Shown: piece after piece, positions 38,736-51,926 of the stretch | Layout of the letters: each line of letters opens with the position of its first letter | Numbering within the stretch: position 1 is the stretch's first letter | DNA from: the human T2T-CHM13v2.0 reference genome, Homo sapiens | Assembly: GCF_009914755.1 (NCBI RefSeq) | Contig: NC_060927.1 | Reading direction: 5' to 3' (one strand) | Length of the DNA: 64,000 bases | Made by a program: the position numbers and the translations under genes | The notes under the pieces: model-generated | Seen by the model: only the letters and a program-made list of their open reading frames with translations | What the model was told of the DNA's origin: nothing | Databases searched by the model: none

Positions 38736-41009
38736 TATGTATTTTATAGTGAGAAAAACTAAGAATCAGATAGGCTAATTGACTTTGGCAAAGTTTTATG
38801 TCTGAAAAATGCAAAGCAATCTCAAAACAGTGTATTTTCCGCATATTACATAATGCTTTTTTGGGGGATAAAATAAACTACCAAAGAATTTATAAGATAA
38901 ACCGAGAATTCTTTTTGCTATTTATCAAGTTCTTGCTGGGGTCTACTGGTCACCTATTCTAAAGTGCTCTAACGTGTTCATTAGGCATCATTTCTTCTTT
39001 CTACTGAAGATGAATATTTCACTCAATTTTGCATATTTTCTCTCTCAATGGAATTGAGAACACTAATACTACAGTATATCATTTCTTTAGAATTTCTATG
39101 TTTCAAAATCCTCTCATATGAAATCACATGTATAATGCTATCACTTATTAGGTAAATAGCAAAGGTATCATTGTAACCATAGATCCCCTCCCCACTCCAA
39201 ATTCTTTAGCACTAAATTATAATATTATCTATCTCCCTTCTTCAGAAACTGAAAAACTGTGATGAAGTATCTGGAGATGGTGATTCACAGTACACCATAA
39301 AATCAAAAAGTATGAGATGTAGTTGCAGCTGTTAAGGTGACTCGCAAGACTATAAGGATCTCTGGGTTTTACTTCAACACAATAACACTTGAAAGATTTC
39401 CTTTGTGTATGAAGAGGCATTTTCTTTGTCTAGATCTCCAACTCAATGCTTAAAGCTTCTCTCTGAAACTGCAGGAAAAAGAGAAACTAAATCATGAGCT
39501 AGAGCTAGAGATGGTAAATGGAATTTACATCTATGTATCGGTTTCATTAGTTTACAACTTGTAAAATACCAAACCTTCTTTAAAAAAAAAAAAGTTTGAC
39601 TTTGCGAGTGGAGAGGCATAGTGCTAAAGAATTATTGATAGAAAAAAGCCATGGAAGTCACCTTCCCGTGTGCTGGGATGCTTTTTTCTATGCTCAGAAA
39701 AAACCCTCACCAGACCACAACTGACTGTAGCAGTTCATGGAGGTCTATTCGCACTTTTTGCTTCTCCCTGCAAAAAAGCAAGAGCAGAGCTCCAAGGCTC
39801 TGATGTGTGTTGAATCACTTTCCATCAAAAAACGTTACTTCTATCTGACATTGACTCTACCCTTCTCTATTCTCACTGCCCACAATTATAATGGTAATTA
39901 CAATTCCATTATAATTACCGGTGAAACCTTAATTCAATGTTCTGTTTTGCAGTTTTATTTTAGTGAATTTAAAACTATTTACAAGGGCGCTTACGGCTCC
40001 ATTTAAGACATCTGCATTTTTCTCAGGCCATTGTTTCAACACAGAATTCATTTTCTCTAGAGATTTTCAAGATCACTCTAACGTATGAGAAAGAAATCCT
40101 ATACCTCCATTTCACAGATCGGGTAACAAATTGAGGTCGTGTGATTTTTTAACATCATCAATCACAAAATGAATAGGAAACCAAGTATCTTTTCTCTCTC
40201 TTATAGGTTTTCTATTACATCAAGCAGCCTCCTTCATTTCCTTTCTTTGTCACCCAATTTCAGTAAGAAGCACAAGAAGTTCTCATAACTCTCAATTCAA
40301 AGTTTGTACATTAAATGAATGTTTATTATCCTGGTCGTTTTGCTAAAGCATGAACACGAGGGAAGGTTGCTGCTTCTAATCTTCTGCAGACAGACAATCC
40401 AGATAAAATAACCTTACTAGAACCATTACTAAAACAAGGATAAATAAGTCCCAAAGAAGGATTTATAGGACTCTCCTTCAAACAAAATGCATAAAGCTTC
40501 AGTACAGTTTCTTTTGTGTTATCCACTTTAGTTACTTAGAAATTTTTTCTCTCTCCTTCCTTGGGTATGGAGTAGTACCTCAACAATCACATCCCTCCAG
40601 GGATCTTTTTAAATCTAATAATGATAACTATAATGTTAACATTCATGGAATGCTTAGTATGTGTTAGGCACTATGCTAAGCACTACTGGTAAATCAACAC
40701 ATATAATTCCCTTAAAATGTCTACTAAGATGAGGAAATGGACACTTAGCTATTTTTAAGCAGACTGTAAACTCACACAGGTCAATCCATGGTAGAGCCCA
40801 AAGTTGCAATGACCACTATATTATAACATCATTTTCCTTGATAAAATGTAGTAAAGTATACCTAAAAATTTTAAGTGGATAATGGTTAGGGGAGACTTCA
40901 GTTCACTTGTAATATTTGAGTTCTTACAAGAAGGTTATTCATATATTAATAATGCAATAAAAATGAATTGAAAACATTCTTAGGATAAACATATGTAATT
41001 ATCAGTGTT

Positions 41010-42825
41010 ATCAGAAAAAATATCCAGACCCCAGATGGTTTCATTATCTTCCCAAACATTTAAGAAATAATTAACAACCTTACACAAACTCTACCATACA
41101 ATAGAAAAAAACGGAGAGCAACTGCCAACTTGTTTTATGAGACCTGCATAACATTATACCCAAACCTGACAAAGATCCCTAAAAACAAACAAAAATTACA
41201 GATCAATACCTTTTGTAATTACAGACATAAAAGTCTTAAAATATTAGCAAATCAAACCCAGTGATATGTAAGGAGGATAATATATCATAATCAAGTTGCA
41301 TTTATTCCAAAATGCAAGGTTAGTTTAACACCAAAAAAATCAATCAATATAATTCAACACAAGGTGGGGGGACAGGAGACAAATTGTATAACCATTTCAA
41401 GAGATGAAGAAAAAAAAATTTGAAAAAAATTTAATGTCCTTTCATGACAAAACCTCTTGGCAAACAAGGAACACAAGGGAACTTCCCTAATTTACTACAG
41501 GATATTTCTAAAAGACATAAAGATAATATCATACTTAATGGTGAAACTGAAATACTGGAAGCATTCTCCCTGATAACACCACTTACACCCAAAATAAGAC
41601 TACAGTTCTTAACCAGTATAGCAGGCAAGAGAAAGTAAAAACACAAAAGGCTCACAAAGAATGACGATTGATGTTATCTGCGAATGACATAATTATAAAT
41701 CAGAAAAGTCAAAATAACTTACAGGCCTACTGTTTAAAGTGAATTTAACAAGTCACACACACACACACAGCTAGATACAGATATACATAAAAAATTGTAT
41801 TTCTATATACCAGCAACAAATAAACATAAAATATATTTAAAAGAAACCATTTTCAATAGTATCAAATAACAACAAATAGACTAAAGTGATAAAATACAGA
41901 GTACAGATACAGACTCACACATACATGCTCACTTGATTTATGACAAAGCAGTGTACTGGTGAAAGAATAACCTTTTCAGTAAACTGTCTGGGTTGGTTGT
42001 GTATACATATGAAAACCAAGTAAGTCTTGAGTTCTACCTCACAACCATACACAAGAATCAAACTTAGATGGATTGCAAATCTTCTGAAGGGCAAAACAAT
42101 AAAGCTTAAAAAAGAAAACAGTCTGAGAATATCTTCATAATATTGGGGTAAGCAAAGATTTCTTAAAACATAAGTATTAGCCACACTTGCTCCCCCCAAA
42201 AAAAATCATTTTGAGTATATTAAAGTTAAGTCACTGTTTATCATAATACAAAAAGGAAAAGGACAGCTAGAGTAGATATTTGCAGTACACATATCTGACA
42301 AGGGATTCATATCCTGAATATATAAAGAACTTCTATAAATCAAAAGGAAAAGCAGATGGCCCGATGGCTAAACACAAAAGAAGATATCCAAAAGCTAAAT
42401 AAGCTTATGAAAAAGTGGCTCAACCTCATAAGTCAACCGGGAAATGCAAATTAAAATGACAATGAGATATCATAACATACCTACCACAATGATTAAAATA
42501 AAAAAGATTAAAACACTACTGAATGTTGACAAAGATATGAAGCAATTGGAACTTCACACAGTGCTGGCAGGAATATAATTTTTATCCACTTTCAAAATTT
42601 ATTTGGCAGAGTCTACTACAGCTGATCACATACTTACACCATGACCTAGCAATTCCACTCCTAGCAGAAATTCCAGTAGAAATGTGTACATTCCAGTAGA
42701 AATGTGTACATAATGCTGCTATGAAAATTCTTCTATGTGTTTTAGCATATAGAAGAATTTTCATAGCAGCATTATGCATAATAGTCCCAAACTGGAAATA
42801 ACTCACATATACTCAGATGCAGGAA
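41010..42825 (+). mobile_element. Old L1M ORF2 remnant with internal deletions
   Basis: CCAGACCCCAGATGGTTTCA, CCAAACCTGACAAAGA, ATCATACTTAATGGTGAAA, GAAATGCAAATTAAAA and TGACCTAGCAATTCCACTCCTAG motifs in L1 order. Confidence 0.8.
42709..42776. repeat. Inverted repeat: 31-bp arms with one mismatch and 6-nt loop, next to a 20-bp tandem duplication (42671-42710)
   Basis: CATAATGCTGCTATGAAAATTCTTCTATGTG - TTTTAG - CATATAGAAGAATTTTCATAGCAGCATTATG, checked base by base. Confidence 0.95.
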
Positions 42826-45800
42826 GGATGAGACCTTGAGTTAGGCAAATCCGCCACTGAAAGAGTGGAGAGCTAGAGGCTGTCTGCTGACCATACTTTC
42901 TGTAGCTGGGCAGCAAGGCCCTGGGGGATCTGGATAACAAACTCTATTTCAACCACAGGGAGAGACTCAGTTATTAGATTTTTAATTTTAGTTGCAGTGG
43001 TAGAAAGGTAGGGCCAAGTGAGAGCTATATTCCAAAAGTGACAAGTCTTGAGATTTCCTGTGACATGTCTAAAAACTCATCTAGGGTCAACAATTCTTTG
43101 CAAATCTGAATGGCAGAAAATCAGATTAAGTAAAAGGGGCAAGGAAAATACCATGATAGAAGGAGGTGCACATATCTAAGTTTACTCTAGGAAATACTTC
43201 TCGGACAAAAATCTATAAATTATCATGCTTTCTGCAAGGATATGAGCAGCATATTTCTGTCCTCCACAGAAAATCCTCCCTTCCCTAATAAAAGAACATT
43301 ATCTGTATTCTCTTTTTGCCACTTGGCACAAGCAGATTTGCAATCTCTTCTTTTTCTCATTCGCAGAGTTTCTCATTTCATTACTGCCCCCGTTTGTGTA
43401 TCTATTTGTGTATGTGAGTGTATATGTGTGAGAGAAAGAGCAAAAAAGAGAGTGAGACTGTCTATTCAATTAAATAACTTTTTAAAAATGAGATTGAATA
43501 ACTTTTCTAATGAAAAATGCCCACTAGGTTGCAGGATAATTATAGAATGTGGCTTTCCTAAATTTTTAAATCTGACATTTTTTTCTTCCATTGCCAGCAG
43601 CTTAAAGTCTTCTATGGTACACTCTTGTGGTGTAAAAGCATAATTTTTATTTTTATGCGTTAAAGAACTACACATATTACTTTAAAAAAAGTATCTATGT
43701 GTGGTATATATTGTGGTGTATTTGTTGCAGGCAATGTGGGAATAATCATGATCGCTGGAAATATGTGTTTCCTCAGGGATGTTCCTGCTTTCTAGAAATT
43801 CATCTCATTGTAGAGAAAAATAAAACACTGTACATCATCGGTAAGGAAGGCTATGATAATCACTGGTATTCTCACACCTACCTATCACAGAATTGAAACT
43901 GGAGATCTATAACCTCTAAATATAATACCTTTTAGTGAAATAATTACATTTCTAACACGCTCGAAGGCTATCTTTACAAACTACCATCTGTTACTAAAGA
44001 GTTTTCATATGTTGACTCAGACCTATTATTTATGCTTACTCCATTAACACCCCTTTCATATGGCCACATCGATCTTCTGTGTGAGAGTTTCCAGGCTTTA
44101 GAAGGAGTTACAAGCAAAGAGAAGAGATTTGGCAAGTCAGACAGGGAGTGAATCAGGCCTCTGTGAGAATGTGGGAACACCCAGAGGCCAAATCAGAATT
44201 TAATTATTTTATAAGATGCTGAGTAACCACAGTGGAACACCAGAACAGGTGACCCCAATAGTACTCCCACCTTCAGGAATGTATGAATCAAAACTTGGAT
44301 CTCATACTGATAAAACTCCCCACTTCCTCCCAGCTCAAAAAACTCTAAAAAACAAGAGTTAACTCCTGCATATTTGAAAAACCAAGAAACATAAATTGTT
44401 ACTTGGTAGAAGGAAACAAAATCAAATAAATGGGATAAAAACCACAGGCGTAAAATTTGTTAGAATATTAAGAAATTTTTAATAAAACTCAGTGATAGAA
44501 CTACTCTAATATAATTGATTAGAAAAATGAGTCAAGCCAATAAAAAGTATATTTTATAGCAAGGTCCATATGACAAAGGCTTTATGCTTCAATTCATAGT
44601 TCATATTAAGTAATTTTAAAAAACAAATCATTCTTTGCAATCATAAAATATTTAGGTAGTCTAGAAATTTTAATTATAATCAATGTGTATTAATTCACTG
44701 CTTTCAATCACAAATATCTAGTTGAGGTATATCAACAGTGAGGCATTAGCAACTTCCCTCTGCAGTATTTATATAACATGAAGTCTATTGGTTATTTCCT
44801 TAAAATCTGCTACCACTCTTGATGCTCTTTAGTTACAACTTACGGTAATCTCTAAAGCAAAAACAGTCATTCTCTTATTTCAACTTGTGATAAACGGAAC
44901 CTTTCTCTGATCCAGTTGAAACATTTATCACACTCAGGGTAAATAGGAAGGAAGGCATCATCAACTATCTTTAAACACAGAATATCCTGAATGTTCAACA
45001 AGACTATGACAGAAGCAACTAAAAATCTTTTTTAGTTGCTAAGAATAGCTAGGTTTTTCTCCACCCCTTTACTGTATTTTTACATGTATAATTTTAAGCA
45101 CAATATTCCCACAACTCTGATACCTGTCCAGGATCCACATGAAACAAACAAACAGCTGACCTTGCAATACAACTTTAAGTCCACAAAATAACACTTGTTT
45201 AAAAATACAACAGCCCAAAACAACATTCTGTTTTATGTAGTCTCTCTTAAAGAAAGCTTGTCTGTAAAAGTCCATCAGTGAATAGTTCCCCTCGTTCTCT
45301 GAGATGTCATGGCAGTTGAGTAATCATACAAGCTGCTCTAAAAATGTATGTGTGTCTAGTTAATTTAGGCAGTTTATTTTAATAGCATTCACCTCTTTTT
45401 GATTATAGCAGGTGTTTCAAGGATAAATTTGCTGAAAATTGTATTTTGTTTAAACAGCAGCATGTACATTTATGGCCTTACTATATTAAAAAGCATTTAT
45501 TGTCTGGCAGCAATAGATACAATTACAAACATTTGTGACAGTAATTGGAGCTATTATTCCTGCATTGAGCCACATGGAGACCGACTTATTGCCACCTGTA
45601 TTTACATTTGTTACTGGTAATTGTAAAAGCTAATTTTTTTTATTTGGCACCTTGTTTTTCTTTAAATTACGTGAATATTTCTCAACAGAGGTCTACCAGA
45701 AAATCTGTAAGAATTATAACTGTAGTTTCTCCATTATTCAAATAACAGGCAGAGTCCCATTTTAATAACGATTATATACATAAAACGTATTCCCATATTC

Positions 45801-47046
45801 TAGGCCACAGATTATATATATTTTTGCTCATGGATGCAAGGATCCTATCAATATATCCTAACTAACAACCAGAGTATAAGTCTTAACAAAGACTCTTCAT
45901 TCCTAAATTATAACAATTTATAAATCCCTGCAGGTCAAAAATATTTAGAGAAGCTAAATTTTATTAATACCCACTTATACTGCATCCATGGCAGAAGGTC
46001 AAATCAAGTTACTCTCTCCACTGCTTTGGAATGAGGGGGAAAAAATCCTCTATTGTTTCTAGAGGATACAGATTTGTCTATAATATGAGAACGCCTACCA
46101 CTGTAAATTTCTGCAAGATTTGGCTTCCAATTCTAAGAGACTTAGATCTAATATAGCAATTCTGTGGTCCCTCCAGGTTCATTCAAATGGAATTCTACCT
46201 GCTGATTAAAGGAGGCCTCTCTTCTCCCTCTCAGGTTTTGGCTCTCACTGTGACTAGAGAGGCCCAGGGGTTCAAGACTATTGCAATGATTCCATCCTTA
46301 GCACAATGACTCTTCCAGAAATGTTTCCTGCTGTGAATCACTCAAGGCAACGCTTATACAGTTTATTTATGTTAAACCAAAATCCAATGGCTTGGAGTTG
46401 AAATTTAAAGTTTAAGGTTCTTTTTACAACTGCACTCTAAGTCAGACACTAAATGAATAGGTAAGTATTAAAAAAAGCAGTTCAGTAAGTCAAAGGTTTG
46501 AGATAATTAGAAAAACATACTGTAATACTTCCAAGGCCTTTTAAAAATAATCTCTTTATCTAAATTTCTTGTAATGAATCTGAAGATTTACATAATTATT
46601 AATACTAGAGACATTTTGGTGGAATGAAGGGGATACCTACCCAACTATCTTTTAAAACAACAAAGTAAGAAACATTTAATTATAATTTGGAAAAAATCTA
46701 CTTAAGTCATTAATCAAAATTCTAATTACAATATCCACAGGGCATTAAAGCATGTTAGAACATTTTTTCATTGCATTAAATGCCTAATATTAAATCACTA
46801 TAACACACAATCATTTAGTAATAAGTACTGCATAATTGAAGAAAAGGGCCTAAGTAGGGTTTAGTTGAAAACTGATTTCACACTTTCTGCTCTTCCTTAT
46901 TTCTAGAGAACAAGAATAAATATTATTAATGATTATTTGGTTTCCATTGTGATTTAAAAAAAACTTGCCTTGAAAAAAAATCATGCTCTTCATGAAGAAT
47001 AATAGGATTGATGACTTTAGAAGCCACTTTCCTTTGGGTCAATACA

Positions 47047-47519
47047 TGAAGTTGAGACACTAATTGTACAAATAAACAACAGACAACAGCCAGCTCATAT
47101 ACAAATATATAACTCTGACCCACAATCTGCAGCAGCCAGACCGGGAAGCAAAACCACAGCCTCTGTAGCAATCAGCCCCAAACAGGGTTTAATCAATGAC
47201 TGCTGGCTTCCCCACTTTTGTGTGCCACCCACTTTCAATGTAGGACCAACCAGACCAAGCCAAATATCCTCCCCTCCCTTAACCAGCCAGTCACATATTA
47301 TACCCTGCTTCTAGTTTAGCCCACCTGAAGATTACCAGCCATATCTGAACATATAGTAAATCTTCCCTTTTTTCCACTAAAAATCATTTAAATTTTCCTA
47401 CCTGCTTTTGAGTCTTTGCCAAACACACATGACGGTGGCTGACACCCTTGCTATACAGTAAGCTCTGAATAAATAGCCTTTGCTTGGTCTCACTTGCGTG
47501 GTCTCCATTTATTTTAACA
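47047..47519 (+). mobile_element. ERV1-class solo LTR (MER90-like; subfamily tentative)
   Basis: TG...CA ends, about 470 bp, internal repeats (ACAATCTGCAGCAGCC / ACAGCCTCTGTAGCAATC), AATAAA at 47468-47473 about 45 nt from the end. Confidence 0.65.
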
Positions 47520-48066
47520 AAGTCTAAGGTTTGCTTTTTATAGTAAAAACTCAAAAAGAATATTCTTCCTCAAGAAACAGCATTAAATATTTCTTTAGCA
47601 ATTTAAAATTAATCAAAATTACAGAAAGTAAAAATTTATATGAATATGCATTCACCTTTTCTATTTCTCCAGAAATATGGAACATGGAGAATTCTTTGGC
47701 AGCTCAGCTTCAACTATTGTTATATTCAACTCAGCAACTTTCAATTGATTCATGTAAAAATTTAAAAAGTTTATATGTTACTATAAGGAATTTAAAATTT
47801 TTTAATTATGTAGGAAAGTATTATCCTTCAATAATTGTCCTAAAGTACTACTCTAGTTTAGGCATCCTCAGACAGTCAGTTTCTAAGAAATGGACTCCTG
47901 AGCCATACTCATTAGGTCATAACCGAGGCATTGCTAAAGTGGCATGAGCTAGGATTTGGCTGATTTTTACTTCCTTAGCAGAATTTCTGGCTGCATCTTT
48001 AGACACATTATTCCAACTTGAGGCAGATCTGAATTGTTCTCTGGATACATAACCACCCTAGAAGTG

Positions 48067-50883
48067 CAGCTGTCCCTTAAACAACACTGGTTTCAACTCC
48101 ATGGGTCCACTTATATGCGGATTTTTTTCAATAAATATACAAAAAAAATTTCTAGAGATTTGCAACAATTTGAAAAAACTTGCAGATGAACCACACAGGC
48201 TAAAATATTGAAAAAATTAAGAAAAAGTTAGGTATGTTATAAACACATAAAATATACATAGATACTAGTCTATGTTATTTACTACCATAAATATACAAAA
48301 AAAACTATTATAAAAAGTTAAAGATTACCAAAATTTATGCACACAAACACAGACTGTATGTGGCACCATTTACAGTTGAGAGAAATGTAAACAAAGGTAG
48401 ATATGCAGTATTAAATCATAAGTGTATAAAATTAACTGTAGTACAATCTGTACTACTATAATAATTTTGTAGCCACCTCTTATTATTGTGATGAGCTCAA
48501 GTGTTGCAAATATTGCTTAAAATGTGTGAGGTTAATCATGTCCAAGTGAGCAGTTAGTCTCTATAGTAAATTGTGTATCACAGTAAAAAGTTATTTCTTG
48601 AGGTTTTCGTGTACTTTTCATGTTTAGTGCAATATCTTCAAGTATTTTTCATGTTTAGCATAAACCCTGAATAACACCATGGGACCTATACAAATGTCAC
48701 TTGCAATGCTGGAAGTGCTTCCAAGAAGTAGCGAAAAGTCCTGACATTACAATAAAGAGATGAATTGCTTGACATGTACTGTAGATTGAGGTCTGCAGCT
48801 GAGGATTCTTGTCATTTCAAGATAAATGAATCCAGCATAAGAACCATTATAAAAAAAGAAAATTCAGGAAGCCATCACTGCAGCTATGACAGCAGGCACA
48901 AAAACCTTTCGCTTTTTGCAAAATACTTTTTCTCTTATACTGAAAATGCAGCTTTTATGTGGGTGTAGGATTTCTATAAGAAAGACATACTTATAGCCTC
49001 CATTATGATTCAAGAAAAAATGAAGATATAATACGACAATTTAAAGCAAAAGGAGGGTGAAGGATCTAAAGCTGGAGAATCTGATGCCAGCAAAGGATGG
49101 TTTGATAATTTTTGAAAGAGGTTTGGCTTTAAGAAATGTCAAGATAACAGGAGACTCAGCTTCTGATGACTAAATGGCAGAAGATGAGTTCCTAGGTGCC
49201 ATTAAGAATATCACTGTGGAGAAAAGATATCTGCCTAAACAGGTTTTTAATGCAGACTAAAGTGCCCTGTTATGAAAAAAAGAAAAAGTGCCACGAAGAC
49301 ATTTATTACTAAGAGATGTGAGCACTAGGATTTTTTTTTTTTTTTTTTTTTTTTTTGAGATGGAGTTTCGCTCGTTGCCCAGGCTGGAGTGCAATGGCGC
49401 AATCTCAGCTCATCGCAACCTCCCCCTCCTGGATTCTAGCGATTCTCCTGCCAGCACTAGGATTTAAAGCAGGAAGGGATAAGCTAATTCTACTATTTTA
49501 TGCAAATATAGTTGGGTTTATGATTAGGACTGCCCTTATTTATAAACTGCTAACCCCTGAGCCTTGACAGGAAGAGATAATCACCAGCTGCCAGTCTTTT
49601 AGTTGTGCAAGAAAAGGGCCTAGACACTGAGAACCCCTTTTCTGGACTGGTTCCATCGATGCTTTATCCCTGAAGTCTGGAAGTACCTTGTTAGTAAGGG
49701 ACTGCCCTTTAAAGTTTTTTGATATCGGACCATGCCCCTGGTCACCCAGAACCCCATGACTTAAACATCGAAGGCACTGAAGTGGTCTAGTTGCCCCCAA
49801 ACACAACATCTCCAATTCAGCTAGTAGATTGGGGGTCATAAGGACCTTTAAGTCTTATTACACATAGTACTCTATGGAAAGAATTGTCAACACTGTGGAT
49901 CCCCAAAAGAGAGAACATCATAAAAGTCTGGAAGGATTATATCAATGAAGATACCATTGTTGTTATAGAAAAAGCTGTAAAAGCCATGAAGTCTAAAACA
50001 AATTCCTGCTGAAGAAAACTGTGCCAGATGTTGTGCAGGACTTCACAGGATTTATGACAGAGACAATCAAGGAAATCATGATAGAGACTGTGGCTATGCC
50101 AAAAAAAAAAAAAAAAATGTTGGTGGGGATAACAGGTTTCAAAATATGGATTTTGGAGAAATTCAAGAGTTAATAAAAATACCAGAGGAATTAATAGGAG
50201 ATGATTTGATGGAGATAAGTGCTTCCAAACCATGCCAAACAATGAGGAGGAAGACGAAGAAGAAGTAGTACCAGAAAACAAATTTGATACTGGACAATCT
50301 GGCAGAAGGGCTCTGATTATTCAAGACTACTTTGGACTTGTTTTATAACGTGGACCCTTCAATGAAAAATTAAACCAAATTGCGGAAGAATTGGTAATAT
50401 ACAGAAACGTTTTTAAAGAAATGAAAAAGCAAAAAAAGCCAGAAATTAGAATGCATTTCCATAAAGTTATACCAGTGTGCTTGCCTCTCCTGCCTCCCCT
50501 TCCTCTTCCTCCACTTCTTCTGCCTCTGCCACCCCTGAGACAGCAAGACCAACTCCTCCTCTAGTCCCTCCTCCTTCCTCAGCCTTCTTAATGGGAAGAC
50601 AATGGAGATGAAGACCTTTGTGATGCTCCACTTCCACTTAATGAATAGTAAATATATTTTCTCCTCCTTATGATTCTTTTAACATTTTCTTTTATCTAGC
50701 TTATTTTATTGTAAGAATACAGAATATAATACATATAACATACAAAATATCTGTTAATTGTGTATGTTATTAGTAAGGTGTCCAGCCAACAGTAAGCTAT
50801 TAGTAGGTAAGTTCTGAAGAGTCAAAAGTTAAAATGCACAGGGGTTGGCATCCCTAACCTTCATGTTGTTCAAGGGTCAACTG
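48067..50883 (+). mobile_element. Near full-length Tigger2 (TcMar-pogo) with decayed transposase
   Basis: TIRs CAGCTGTCCCTTAAACAAC ... GTTGTTCAAGGGTCAACTG(TA). Transposase remnants LLDMYCRLRSAA..HFKINESSIRTIIKKE (HTH), ASKGWFDNF*KRFG (CENP-B-type HTH, 49086), YLPKQVFNAD* (49228-49260), GFKAGRDKLILL. Several stops and frameshifts. Confidence 0.9.
49334..49452 (-). mobile_element. 5'-truncated AluSp/Sq fragment inserted in the Tigger2 transposase
   Basis: Poly-T plus ~95 nt of the Alu 3' end. TSD agcactaggattt at 49321-49333 and 49453-49465. Confidence 0.92.
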
Positions 50884-51292
50884 TAATTACCAGGAACATT
50901 ATAATCAATGCCAAAAAAAATGAACCATTAATATGGTCCATTCAAATCAGCATATAACAAAAATTCTTTATCTTCAGCTGTGAAGCATATTATTTGTATT
51001 CTTGGCAACATTTACTTTCCTAATTGTATTCTGTTTAAGCTAATATTAAAATTAGTTTGCATTCTTTGAGAACTGGCAATAGTAGCAAGTGGTGCCAGAC
51101 AATAGGGATAAGCTAGTTTAGCAATAAAAACCTTGTTGCAATATTATGGTGAATATACAAAATAAAATATTGTTACATGATAAGATCTCATCAAAGCACA
51201 TACATTGAAATACATAAAAAGAATAGAGAAGGAGATTTACTTTCCTGTAATTTCCTGCTAGGAAGCATAAAAAGAATAAATGTGTGAGAGAA

Positions 51293-51435
51293 GACTGCTC
51301 TGCCTATGGAGTAGCCATGATTTTGTTTCTTTACTTCTCTAATAATTAAACTTGTTTTCATGTAAGTTAAAAAAAAAAGGGGGGGAGTGTCTGAGCCTAC
51401 TATGGCTCAGAAGGGTGCCTGATTAAAAAAAAAAA
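51293..51435 (+). mobile_element. Two short poly(A)-tailed ERV1 LTR fragments (MER41-like, then MER57/MER4-group-like) within one TSD
   Basis: CTGCTCTGCCTATGGAGTAGCCAT...CTTTACTTCTCTAATAATTAAACTTG + A10, then TCTGAGCCTACTATGGCTCAGAAGGGTGCCTGATT + A11. Flanked by gtgtgagagaa at 51282-51292 and 51436-51446. Confidence 0.65.
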
Positions 51436-51717
51436 GTGTGAGAGAAAAACGCAAAACACATATTTGATCCAGAGCCAAATAAATATGGGACTTATTTACT
51501 ACCAAATTTAAATAACAGAGGTCCTTTACTACTTGTCTCTCTCATCTCTAAACCACTTCAAAATTAATCCAACACTGACCAGTAAAACACACTGACCCCA
51601 AAATAATACATTTCTTTTCTTTTCTTTTCTTTAAAACACACAGGTAAAATCTCTAGATGTCCTAGATAGCCTGTGTTGAGTGAAAGGTTATTATTTTGGC
51701 CAAAGGGAAAACAAAGG

Positions 51718-51926
51718 TTTTTGTTTTTTTTTTTTATACTTTAAGTTTCAGGGTACATGTGCACAATGTGCAGGTTTGTTACGTATGTAGCATGTGCCAT
51801 GTTGGTTTGCTGCACCCACTAACTCGTCGTTTACATTAGGTATATCTCCTAATGCTATCCTTCCCCCCTCCTCCCACCCCACAACAGGCCCCAGTGTGTG
51901 ATGTTCCCCTTCCTGTGTCCAAGTGT
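51718..51926 (-). mobile_element. 5'-truncated young L1PA 3' end
   Basis: Poly-T, then ATACTTTAAGTTTCAGGGTACATGTGCAC...CCCCTTCCTGTGTCCAAGTGT. No clear TSD. Confidence 0.9.

Noticed and set aside
42763-42773. TAGCAGCATT in the hairpin resembles miR-15/16 and miR-103/107 5' ends
   Set aside because: It is ordinary L1 sequence and sits at the base of the 3' arm, where it would not be the seed of a processed miRNA.
47531-47947. 138-aa + strand ORF just downstream of a solo LTR
   Set aside because: Non-ATG start, AT-rich biased composition, no recognisable domain, and it lies beyond the LTR poly(A) signal.
48678-50400. Possible domesticated TIGD/CENP-B-like gene
   Set aside because: In-frame stops (48729, ~49113, 49258), frameshifts and an Alu insertion break the transposase.
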